Shown piece by piece: positions 1 to 8,130 of a stretch of DNA of 64,000 nt (position 1 is the first letter of the stretch; every line of letters begins with the position of its first letter). Both the position numbers and the translations under genes were made by a program. The notes under the pieces were generated by a model, which was not told the DNA's origin, did not search any database, and saw only the letters and a program-made list of their open reading frames with translations. Source of the stretch: Gammaproteobacteria bacterium (GTDB lineage: Bacteria > Pseudomonadota > Gammaproteobacteria > Steroidobacterales > Rariloculaceae); the NCBI GenBank assembly GCA_963665575.2, contig CAXXDW010000006.1, positions 1,201,122 through 1,265,121 on the forward strand, written 5' to 3'.

Positions 1-1992
1 CATGGCCATGAGCGGAAAATAGTGGCGGTACATGTTGTAGTTGAGCATGAAGCCGCGCTGCAGTTCGGTGCCCTGTGCGACTCGGCGCCGTGTTCGCTCG
101 TCGCGAAAGTCCAGACGCGCACCGAAACCGTAGCCCGGAAAACCGGTGCCCGTGTAGTACGGCTCGTCCCAGGTTCCGTCCTCGCGTTGCGTCTCGGCCA
201 GCCACGCAAGCCCGTGCCTTACCGCCGTGTCGCAGGCGCGATTGCCCGTCGCGAGCAGCGCCATGAGACTCCATGCCGTCTGTGAAGCCGTGCTCGGTCC
301 GCGACCGCGCAGGGATTCATCCATGTAGGAGGCGCAGGTTTCGCCCCAGCCGCCGTCGGCGTTCTGGCGGCCGACGAGCCACTCGGCGGCACGCCGGACG
401 TACGGGGCGTTCATGTCTTCGCCGATCGCGGCGAGCGCCGGCAGCACGGCCGCCGTGCCGTAGATGTAGTTGACGCCCCAGCGGCCGAACCAGGGTCCGT
501 CGGGCTCCTGCTCGTCGCGCAGAAAGCGGTAGGCCTTCTCGATCTCGGGGTCGGCGCGCGTGTAGCCGAGCAGGGCGAGCGCCTCGACCATGTGCGCGGT
601 GACGTCCGCGGACGGCGGATCGAGCGCTTCGCCGAAGTCGCTGAACGGGATCGTCGTCAGTATGAGCTTGTCGTTGTCGCGGTCGAACGCGGCCCAACCG
701 CCGTTGCTCGACTGCATGCCGAGCGTCCATGCCAGCGCTCGCTCGAGCGCCGCACGCACGCGCGGCCGGTTGCGCAGCCTGAGCGGCAGGCGGGCGAGCA
801 CGCAGAGCGCGATCGCCGTGTCGTCGATGTCCGGATAGTGCAGATTGGCGCGCTCGAAGGCCCAGCCGCCGGGCTCGAGCTGCCCGTTCTGTTCGGCCCA
901 GTCGCCGCGGTGGAGTATTTCCCTGTCGAGCAGCCAGTCGAGCGCGCGCTCCATGGCGGGTGTTACGCCGTGCTCGCAGTCCTGCATCGCGAGCAGCGTG
1001 AGCCAGGTATCCCAGACCGGCGATTCGCTGGCCTGAATGTGCAGGGTGCCGTTTCGCTCGTAAGACCAGTGCGCGTCGAGCGCGGCCAGGCCTTTGGCAA
1101 GCACGGGATGGCCGAGGTCGTACCCTTCGACGTTCAGTGCCATGAGACTGTAGATCCATGGCGGCTGGATTCCGCCCCATGCGCCGTCGGCATCCTGGTG
1201 GCGCACGATCCACTCGATACACGCCTTGAGCGTCAACTCTCTGCCCGGCGTGAGACCGACCTTCTGGTAGGCGTGCAGCAGCCGGTCGGTCGCCAGAAAC
1301 AGCCGTTTTAGCGAAACGAGCGGCTGGTCGTGCGGCAGCCGGTAATCTGCGCGGTCGCGTCCCTCGGGGAAGAGTTCATCGAGCCGCCGGTCCTCGGGCA
1401 GCGGCCGGACGGCCCGGCGCGCGGAAAGCACGGTGAGCGGCAGGAGCGTCGCCCGCGCCCAGCTCGAGAAATTGTAGAGGTGAAACGGCAACCACTTCGG
1501 GTAGACGATGACCTCCGGCGGCAGGTTCGGCGTCCGGTCCCAGGGCCACTCGCCGATCAATGCGAGCCAGTAGCGGGTGAAAACGCGTATCTGGCGCAGC
1601 CCGCCATTGGCCTGGATCCAGCGCCTGGCATGCACGAGCGGCTCGGCATCGGCAGGCATGCCGGTCGACCTGAGCGCCGCATAGCACTCGACGGTGCTGT
1701 TGATGTCGCCGCTTGGCGCGTCGTAGTAGCTTTCCCAGGCACCGTCGGGCCGTTGCGCGGCGAGCAGTGTTGCGACGAGGGCGGCCTGGCGCGGGTGTTC
1801 GTAGCCGAGAAAGTGCATGGCGAGCAGCCATTCTGCTTCCATGCAGTAGCTCGATTCGAGCATGCCGACCCAGAAGCCGTCCTCGTTCTGTTCGCGGTCG
1901 AGCCACGCCATTGCTTTCGCGATCGACCGCTCGAGCGACGATTCCGGTGCGGTCGGCGCGGAGCTGTCGATGTCGGCGTAGTGAGTGTGCAT
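1..1992 (-). CDS. shc: squalene-hopene cyclase (3' end runs off the left window edge; 664 codons present)
   Basis: Absent from the supplied ORF track because it has no in-window stop. My own reverse translation starts at ATG 1992-1990. It reads MHTHYADIDSS...AWLDREQNEDGFWVG...ANLHYPDIDDTAIAL (DxDDTA catalytic motif, complement of about 818-832). QW-type repeats follow (MQSSNGGWAAF, RQNADGGWGE, TQREDGTWDE), and it ends ...NMYRHYFPLMAM at base 1. Confidence 0.85.
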   Translation of the reverse strand, partial: MHTHYADIDSSAPTAPESSLERSIAKAMAWLDREQNEDGFWVGMLESSYCMEAEWLLAMHFLGYEHPRQAALVATLLAAQRPDGAWESYYDAPSGDINSTVECYAALRSTGMPADAEPLVHARRWIQANGGLRQIRVFTRYWLALIGEWPWDRTPNLPPEVIVYPKWLPFHLYNFSSWARATLLPLTVLSARRAVRPLPEDRRLDELFPEGRDRADYRLPHDQPLVSLKRLFLATDRLLHAYQKVGLTPGRELTLKACIEWIVRHQDADGAWGGIQPPWIYSLMALNVEGYDLGHPVLAKGLAALDAHWSYERNGTLHIQASESPVWDTWLTLLAMQDCEHGVTPAMERALDWLLDREILHRGDWAEQNGQLEPGGWAFERANLHYPDIDDTAIALCVLARLPLRLRNRPRVRAALERALAWTLGMQSSNGGWAAFDRDNDKLILTTIPFSDFGEALDPPSADVTAHMVEALALLGYTRADPEIEKAYRFLRDEQEPDGPWFGRWGVNYIYGTAAVLPALAAIGEDMNAPYVRRAAEWLVGRQNADGGWGETCASYMDESLRGRGPSTASQTAWSLMALLATGNRACDTAVRHGLAWLAETQREDGTWDEPYYTGTGFPGYGFGARLDFRDERTRRRVAQGTELQRGFMLNYNMYRHYFPLMAM

Positions 1993-2093
1993 GGCGGCGG
2001 CGGATTATCGCATACGTCGGTTGTCCGGGTTGCGGGTCGCGGGCCGATCGCGGAGCATCCTCGATTCCAACGCAATTGCCGATTATCCCGCCC

Positions 2094-2522
2094 ATGGTCG
2101 TCTGTCGCACGCTGACCCTGATGCTCGCTCCGGCCCTTGCCGCCTGCACCGCTGTCACGACCGCCGACGGACAGCGGCTCGCGCTTACGAGTGACGCGTT
2201 TCGCAGCTACCTGGAAACGGTGTTCCGGGAGCAGAACGAACTGTTGACGGAGATCGCCTTCGCACTCGACGGGGAGGACGTGAGCGACATCGACCGCATT
2301 GCCCTGGAAACCGCCGAGGATTCGTTGCTCGTGGCATGCGAGCAACTCAACGATGTCGCGGCGCTGCGCCGTGACGGGCGAAACCCCGGCCGGATGCGTG
2401 AGTCAAGTGCCGCGCGCGGCGCGCCTTCCTGTGAACGCGCGGCGGCTGAAGCGCGCGCCGTCCTCGAGAGATCGAGGGCCGTCGATGAGCCGTCTTCGGC
2501 GAGGCGTACTTCCAGCCGGTGA
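2094..2522 (+). CDS. hypothetical lipoprotein
   Basis: Internal ATG of ORF 1713..2522. MVVCRTLTLMLAPALAACT has a lipobox-like LAAC. Third-position GC is high. I recognise no family. Confidence 0.5.
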   Translation: MVVCRTLTLMLAPALAACTAVTTADGQRLALTSDAFRSYLETVFREQNELLTEIAFALDGEDVSDIDRIALETAEDSLLVACEQLNDVAALRRDGRNPGRMRESSAARGAPSCERAAAEARAVLERSRAVDEPSSARRTSSR

Positions 2523-2567
2523 GCGGGGTGCTTGCCCCGTGCCTCCGCAAAACGGCGCCGCGAACCG

Positions 2568-3584
2568 TTACGGCGCAGGCTGACGGCTGAGCCAGGGCGG
2601 CGGCGGCAGGTCCTTCGAGCGCAGGAACTGCGGGTTGAACAGCTTGGATTGATACCGCTGTCCGGAATCGCAAAGCACGGTCACGATCGTCTTGCCGGGC
2701 CCAAGATCGCGGGCGAGCCTGATGGCGCCCGCGACATTGATGCCGCTCGACCCGCCGAGCAGCAGACCTTCCTCCTGCAGCAGATCGTAGACCATGGGCA
2801 GCATTTCGGAATCCGGAATCTGGTAGGAGTCGTCGATACGCGCACCGTCTAGATTGCCGGTCACGCGGCCCTGGCCGATGCCCTCGGTGATCGAACTGCC
2901 GCTCGACGCGAGTTCGCCGGTCTTGATCCAGCTATGGATTGCCGCGCCCATCGGGTCGGCGGCTGCAACGACGATGCCGGGGTTGCGCTCCTTCAGAAAT
3001 GCGCTGACGCCCGCAAGGGTGCCTCCGGTACCGACCGCGCAGATAAACCCGTCGACGCTGCCGCCGGCCTGCTCCCAGATCTCCGGCGCCGTGCTCGCCG
3101 TGTGGCCGTCGCGATTGGCTTCGTTGTCCCATTGGTTGGCGTAAAGGACGCCATGCGGCTCGCTCTCGGCGAGTTCCTTCGCAGTACGCTCGGCGATGTG
3201 CACGTAGTTGTTCGGATTGCGGTAGGGCACCGCGGGAACTTCCCTGAGTTCGGCGCCGCACAGCCGCAACGCGTCCTTTTTCTCCTGGGTCTGGGTGTCG
3301 GGCATGAGGATCAGCGTACGGTAGCCGCGCGAGTTGCCGACGAGCGCGAGGCCGATGCCCGTGTTGCCGGCCGTACCTTCGACGATCAGGCCGCCCGGTT
3401 CAATGACGCCGTGCCGCTCGGCCTCGAGCACGATGTATTTCGCGGCCCGGTCCTTGACCGAGCCGCCCGGGTTCAGGAACTCGGCCTTGCCGAGTATCGT
3501 GCAGCCGGTGAGCTCGGAGGCCTTGCGAAGGTGGATGAGCGGGGTATTGCCGACCGAGTCGACGAAGTCGTCACGAGTATCCAT
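2568..3584 (-). CDS. PLP-dependent cysteine synthase / cystathionine beta-synthase family protein
   Basis: ORF 2568..3695, with the start trimmed to MDTRDDF (ATG 3584). Motifs: GNTPLIHL, NPGGSVKDR (PLP lysine), GTAGNTGIGLA, GTGGT. Confidence 0.85.
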   Translation of the reverse strand: MDTRDDFVDSVGNTPLIHLRKASELTGCTILGKAEFLNPGGSVKDRAAKYIVLEAERHGVIEPGGLIVEGTAGNTGIGLALVGNSRGYRTLILMPDTQTQEKKDALRLCGAELREVPAVPYRNPNNYVHIAERTAKELAESEPHGVLYANQWDNEANRDGHTASTAPEIWEQAGGSVDGFICAVGTGGTLAGVSAFLKERNPGIVVAAADPMGAAIHSWIKTGELASSGSSITEGIGQGRVTGNLDGARIDDSYQIPDSEMLPMVYDLLQEEGLLLGGSSGINVAGAIRLARDLGPGKTIVTVLCDSGQRYQSKLFNPQFLRSKDLPPPPWLSRQPAP

Positions 3585-3790
3585 CGGATCGTGCGTCCGT
3601 AAACGGTAGCGGGTTGTGAAGTGAACGCGGTCGGCCAGGAGCCTGCGCCGTAGGAGGTCGCGAATCGCCGTCTTCGGCGAGGCGTTTCGCCCCAAGCGAA
3701 AATCCGCTATCGCCGTCCCTTCGGTTGATCGATTGAGGAGAATATCGAGCCATATTTGACGAAATCGATCGGCCGAAGGGGCGGATGAGA

Positions 3791-3830
3791 GCGGATTTGC
3801 AGCCGCGAATTCCTACGGTGCAGGCTCCTA
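3791..3830. repeat. REP/MITE-like element, partial copy (right half, inverted orientation)
   Basis: gcggatttgcagccgcgaattcctacggtgcaggctccta matches the core and one arm of the 34056..34126 element. The complement of its last 3 nt is the TAG stop of the 3828..4304 gene. Confidence 0.7.
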
Positions 3831-4304
3831 GGGAGCGGCGACCGTGATCGTGATGACCTCGGACCGTACCGGCGGGTCATGCGGAATGTGCAGCGGGTCG
3901 CCGAGCACGAGCTGCAGCGTGTGTTCGCCGGGCGGTAACTCGAGTTCGGTTTCGGTCTGGCCGCCTCCGAAGTGGAGGATCTGCTCGGTCGTCGGTAGCG
4001 GCAGGCCCTCGGGAGGCGCCTCTTCGACACTGACGAGCAGGTGATGGTGACCGGAGTCGGCAAACGTGATGCCCGCGGGCGCGACGCCCATGCCGCGAAG
4101 GCCGAAGCTCACGGTGAACGGCGACGAGACGGTCGCTCCGTCCTGAGGTTCGAGGAAATAGACCATCGCACCCTCGGGCGACGGCGTTCTCGGCAGCTCG
4201 ACCGCTTCGCTTTCCTCAGGTGCATCCTGAGCACCTGCAAGACCCGGAGTTACGCATAGAAGCAGGCAGGCGAACAGTGTTATTGTTCTCATCAATAGAT
4301 TCAT
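3828..4304 (-). CDS. secreted DUF4399-like protein
   Basis: Signal peptide MNLLMRTITLFACLLLCVTPGLAGA. The FGLRGMGVAPAG...GHHHLLV...HFGGGQTE...GEHTLQLVLGD pattern is what I recall for DUF4399. Confidence 0.7.
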   Translation of the reverse strand: MNLLMRTITLFACLLLCVTPGLAGAQDAPEESEAVELPRTPSPEGAMVYFLEPQDGATVSSPFTVSFGLRGMGVAPAGITFADSGHHHLLVSVEEAPPEGLPLPTTEQILHFGGGQTETELELPPGEHTLQLVLGDPLHIPHDPPVRSEVITITVAAP

Positions 4305-4404
4305 TGAGATTCCTCAAGATTCCTCGAATGGGTCCGTTGAACTAATGCTCGCGAAGCGGTCACTAACATAACATAAGCTTGCGTGAGGGCTGCATCGCGT
4401 TCGA

Positions 4405-4427
4405 CCTTCGGCCGAGACCGAAGGAGG
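4405..4427 (+). promoter_or_regulatory. hairpin overlapping the Shine-Dalgarno of the downstream lipoprotein gene
   Basis: ccttcgg (4405-4411) and ccgaagg (4418-4424) are a perfect 7-bp inverted repeat. The 3' arm overlaps the SD aaggagg (4421-4427), which lies 7 nt before GTG 4435. Confidence 0.25.
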
Positions 4428-4434
4428 TGAAAAA

Positions 4435-5748
4435 GTGGAACTCGGAATGCTTCGGATTATCCTTGTGTTCGGTCTCGCAGCCGGTATTGCCGCTTGCAGT
4501 TCGATGCCGCAGCAGAGCCAGCAGGGTTCGCAGGGTTCGCCGAGCCAGCCGAGCCCGTCGAGCAGCGGGCCGAGTTCCCCGTCCGGCGGTCAAAGTTCCC
4601 CCTCGGGCGGTCAGAGTTCGCCCGCCGGTGGCCAGAGTTCGCCCGCCGGTGGCCAGAGTTCCCCCTCGGGCGGACAACCGGGTCCGCAAAGTTCGACCCC
4701 GTCTCCCTCGTCGGGTATTCCGTCCCCGCCGTCGTCGGGTATCCCTTCTCCCTCGTCAGGCATCCCGTCTCCCTCGTCCGGCATCCCATCGCCGTCCGCG
4801 GGGATCCCGTCCCCGCCGAGTTCGCAGGGTCAGAGCGGTCAGTCGGGATCGGACTCGCAGCGCGCTTCGACTGATGGCGATTCGGCAGACGGCCGGCAGG
4901 CTCGGAGCGGCGGTCCGGATCAGCAGGGCGGCGACAGTGCCGATGGTCAACAGGCCCGGACCGGCGGACAGCAGGATCAGGACGGTGCCGGCGGACAGCA
5001 GGATCGGGCGGGCGCCGGGGGCGAGGAACAGATTGCCGGATCCGGCGGCGAGGACGACGCTGCCGGGGCTGGTGGCGACGAGCAGCTCGCCGGAGCTGGC
5101 GGCGAGGACGATGCCTCGGGTGCCGGCGGCGATGAGGAATCCGGTGGATCCGGCGGCGAGGAAGAGCTTGCCGGAGCCGGCGGACAGGAAGAAGGCGACG
5201 GCGCCGGCGGCGACTCGCGCGTCGCTTCGGCCGGCGGCGAGGAAGGCGTTCCCGGCGGCGCTGAGGGCGACGGTTCCGGCGTCGAGGAAGGCGTTTTCGG
5301 CGACGGCAGCCAGGCGTCGACGGGTGCCGGCGGCGAGGATGCGTTCGACCGCTCGCTCGAGGATTTCGATGCGATCCTCGGTGCGGAACAGGAAGTGCTC
5401 GCCCGTACGGGCACGGGCACGGCCGCTGATCAGGTGTTCTCCGATGCTGCCGGGATCGGCGGCGTAGTCGGCGGCATCGAGGGTCTCGCACCCGGCAGCG
5501 ATCAGCAGGACGAGGAGGCGACGGGCGGCAGCGTCGGCGCCACTGTATCGTCGGGCGCGCGCACGGCCGAGCGGCGCCCCCCCGACTTTGTTGGAGACGA
5601 ACCCGCTGCGGCAATCGAAGGCTGCAACGATGAAGACACGGTCGCGCGGCAACTGTGTGAGCTTGCTACCGACGAGGAAGATCCGATTCTTCGCGAGCAG
5701 CTCTGGGAGGAATACAACGAGTACCTCAAGATCGTTGCGCGACAGTAG
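4435..5748 (+). CDS. repeat-rich, intrinsically disordered lipoprotein
   Basis: Strong SD AAGGAGG precedes GTG 4435. Lipobox LAAGIAAC. In-frame tandem repeats: GGQSSP(S/A) x5, SSGIPSP x5 and about 10 acidic GAGGE(D/E) units. Conserved-looking C-terminus: EGCNDEDTVARQLCELATDEEDPILREQLWEEYNEYLK. Confidence 0.7.
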   Translation: MELGMLRIILVFGLAAGIAACSSMPQQSQQGSQGSPSQPSPSSSGPSSPSGGQSSPSGGQSSPAGGQSSPAGGQSSPSGGQPGPQSSTPSPSSGIPSPPSSGIPSPSSGIPSPSSGIPSPSAGIPSPPSSQGQSGQSGSDSQRASTDGDSADGRQARSGGPDQQGGDSADGQQARTGGQQDQDGAGGQQDRAGAGGEEQIAGSGGEDDAAGAGGDEQLAGAGGEDDASGAGGDEESGGSGGEEELAGAGGQEEGDGAGGDSRVASAGGEEGVPGGAEGDGSGVEEGVFGDGSQASTGAGGEDAFDRSLEDFDAILGAEQEVLARTGTGTAADQVFSDAAGIGGVVGGIEGLAPGSDQQDEEATGGSVGATVSSGARTAERRPPDFVGDEPAAAIEGCNDEDTVARQLCELATDEEDPILREQLWEEYNEYLKIVARQ

Positions 5749-5763
5749 GTGGGAGAAGGACTT

Positions 5764-7104
5764 ATGCACCGAATTTTCATAATTTTGATCGGGCTGTATG
5801 CGCTGTCAGCCTGCACCACATCGGAAGTGCTTGTGGCTCACTCGGTCGATCTCGAGTCGAGCGTGCAGGCGATTCCCGAGGCGCAGTTGCTCGATGTCGG
5901 AATCGTGGTTTTCGACCCCGGCGTGCCCGCGGGCGAGATTCCCGAGGCGGAAGTCGAGCAATTGATGGCCGAGGGCAGTTTCCCGCAGGTGCGCCGTGCG
6001 GAAGCCCTGTACATGGCCGTGGAACTGCGCGACACGCTGCAGCAGAGCGGTCATTGGGGCGGCGTCTGGGTCACACCCGAAGAGTCGACGGCGTCTGACC
6101 TCAACGTGACCGCCGAGATCATGCAGTCCGACGGCGCGACCGTGCGCCTGCAGGTCGAGGCCAGGGACGCTTTGGGCCGCGTCTGGCTCAACGAGCCCTA
6201 CGAGCTTGAAACTGCGGCAGGCGTTTACAACCGTGGACGTTATCCGGACAAGGACCCGTATCAGGACCTCTTCAACTCGATCGCCAACGATCTCGCCGAG
6301 TTGCGCGCTGAACTGTCCGCCGACGAGGCGAGCGAAATCCGCACAGTCGCCGATCTGCGCTATGCGTCCGAACTGAGCCCCGACGCCTTCGACGGCTACG
6401 TCGTCGTGAACCGCGGCGGCGAATTCGAGCCCGTTCGCCTGCCTGCCGCCGGCGATCCGATGTTCGATCGCACGCAGCAGATCCGGCAGCGAGAGCAATT
6501 GTTCTTCGACACGCTGAACCAGCACTATGCGAGTTTTTCCGCCGACGCCGGGGAGTCCTACGACAGTTGGCGGGAGTACGCGCGCGAAGAGGCGATCGCG
6601 ATCCGCGAGATCACGCGCCAGTCCCGCTGGCAAACGGGCCTTGGCATCGCAACGATCCTGGCGGCCATCGCCTACGGTTCGAACTCTTCCAACGACGCCT
6701 ATTCGGACTACCTGATCCAGCAGGGCGTCACCTACATCGGCATGGAGATGATCCGTTCCGGTGCGATCAGGCGCCAGGAGAGACGCCTGCACACCGAAAC
6801 GCTCGAGGAGTTGTCGCTGAGTTTCGACGAATCCGTCGAGCCGCTCGTGGTCGACATCCAGGGCACGCAGCACCGCCTGACCGGTACCGTCCAGACACAG
6901 TACGCGGAGTGGCGCGAACTGCTCAAGGAACTTTTCGTCAGCGAGACGGGTTTCGCACCGGAAAATCTCGACGTCTACATGGAAGCCGAGACGGAACCGG
7001 CCGAAGAAGTACAGTTGCTCGAAATCGACGTAGCTCCCGGCGCTGACGCGGACGCCGAGGAAGGCGTGACCGATGCGGACGGGGGCGCGGCCAGCGGAGT
7101 CTAG
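5764..7104 (+). CDS. hypothetical lipoprotein with one internal hydrophobic segment
   Basis: ggagaagga SD lies before ATG 5764. MHRIFIILIGLYALSAC lipobox. Hydrophobic stretch WQTGLGIATILAAIAYG. It starts 16 nt after the preceding gene ends. Confidence 0.65.
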   Translation: MHRIFIILIGLYALSACTTSEVLVAHSVDLESSVQAIPEAQLLDVGIVVFDPGVPAGEIPEAEVEQLMAEGSFPQVRRAEALYMAVELRDTLQQSGHWGGVWVTPEESTASDLNVTAEIMQSDGATVRLQVEARDALGRVWLNEPYELETAAGVYNRGRYPDKDPYQDLFNSIANDLAELRAELSADEASEIRTVADLRYASELSPDAFDGYVVVNRGGEFEPVRLPAAGDPMFDRTQQIRQREQLFFDTLNQHYASFSADAGESYDSWREYAREEAIAIREITRQSRWQTGLGIATILAAIAYGSNSSNDAYSDYLIQQGVTYIGMEMIRSGAIRRQERRLHTETLEELSLSFDESVEPLVVDIQGTQHRLTGTVQTQYAEWRELLKELFVSETGFAPENLDVYMEAETEPAEEVQLLEIDVAPGADADAEEGVTDADGGAASGV

Positions 7105-7242
7105 GCGCCTGCGGCGCAGGGTCCCGGGAGCCCGCGGCAGAACGCGGCGGCGCAACCGGGTCGGTGCGTCGCCCGATCGTCCGGATGCACCCGCCTTGCA
7201 GAATCTGCATCTGCGACTGATGCGCAGTCCGGTCCGGCCGAG

Positions 7243-8130
7243 GTGGATCGGCGGGTGAATTCGGCCAGACTGCTGCGAACGTTTCCAAAACCGGCGTCTC
7301 GATCGACCGGGAATCCTTTTGGCGGTCTGGAGGTTCATCTCGAACGACGCCTCGCTACCGGCCGCATGACCGAAGTCTGGTTCGGTTGCGCTGGCGGCGG
7401 GCATCCACGCGCGATCAAGACGCTCAAGCCCGTCTGGCTTGCGAAGCCCGGCGCCCGGGCAAAACTGCAGCGCGAGTACGAATTGCTTCGGAGCCTGCGG
7501 CATCCGCACATCGTCGGCGCGCAAGCGTTTATTGACGAACCGGATTGCGCGGCGATCGTTTGCGAGTATCTTGGCGGCGGCGACCTCGTGAGCCTCGCGG
7601 GCGCTCCCCCGCGCCACTGGATCGCCGCCGTGCGCGATGTGCTCGCTGCGATCGAGTACCTGCATGACCGCGGTTTGGCGCATCGCGACGTCAAGGCGCG
7701 CAACGTGATGTTCGACGGCGAAGGCCGGGCGCGCCTGATCGATCTGGGCTCCGCGGCCCGCATCGGCACGGCATGGACGCAGCACGGCACAACCGCGGCA
7801 CATCGGCCCGCGCAGCCGCGGTCAGGCCGCGTGGGCGCGGAGCAGGACCTCTACGCATTCGCCGTGCTGCTTTGTGAACTCCTGTCGGGGCGGCTGCCAT
7901 TCGCGGAGGAGCCCGGCGCCGACGCCGGGGCGGATACGCCGTGGCTGACGTTCGAAACCAACGGCAGCCTCGAACCCGCGGCCCAATGCAAGGACAGCCC
8001 GGAACTCGACGCGCTCGGGCAACTCGTGCTTGCGGTGCTTGCTCCCGGCGGCGGGCCTGGAGTCGGCAGCGTATCGCAGTTCTCCAATGTCATAGAATCA
8101 GTGTTCGCCAGCGAGTCCGAACAGCCGTGA
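7243..8130 (+). CDS. Hanks-type serine/threonine protein kinase (kinase domain only)
   Basis: RAIKTLKP (subdomain II Lys), EYELLRSLRHPHIV, HRDVKARN catalytic loop (7681-7704), DLG (DFG equivalent), DLYAFAVLLCELLSGRLPF (subdomain IX). No TM segment or extra domain. The start codon is uncertain. Confidence 0.8.
   Translation: MDRRVNSARLLRTFPKPASRSTGNPFGGLEVHLERRLATGRMTEVWFGCAGGGHPRAIKTLKPVWLAKPGARAKLQREYELLRSLRHPHIVGAQAFIDEPDCAAIVCEYLGGGDLVSLAGAPPRHWIAAVRDVLAAIEYLHDRGLAHRDVKARNVMFDGEGRARLIDLGSAARIGTAWTQHGTTAAHRPAQPRSGRVGAEQDLYAFAVLLCELLSGRLPFAEEPGADAGADTPWLTFETNGSLEPAAQCKDSPELDALGQLVLAVLAPGGGPGVGSVSQFSNVIESVFASESEQP

Noticed and set aside
7170-7240. Two short palindromes (tgcagaatctgca and ctgcgactgatgcgcag) upstream of the kinase gene, as a possible operator.
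   Set aside because: The stems are only 5 bp, there is no repetition elsewhere in the window, and such short palindromes are expected by chance. This is not enough to call a site.
5806-7803. 665-aa minus-strand ORF antisense to the lipoprotein and kinase genes. Similar giant antisense or off-frame ORFs: 10964..12559-, 29976..32231-, 32349..34595-, 56647..58905-, 42841..43905-, 47830..49458-.
   Set aside because: Their translations are Arg/Ala/Gly/Pro-rich low-information strings with no motifs. They overlap genes with clear family signatures on the other strand. This is the expected artefact of very high GC (few stop codons in any frame).
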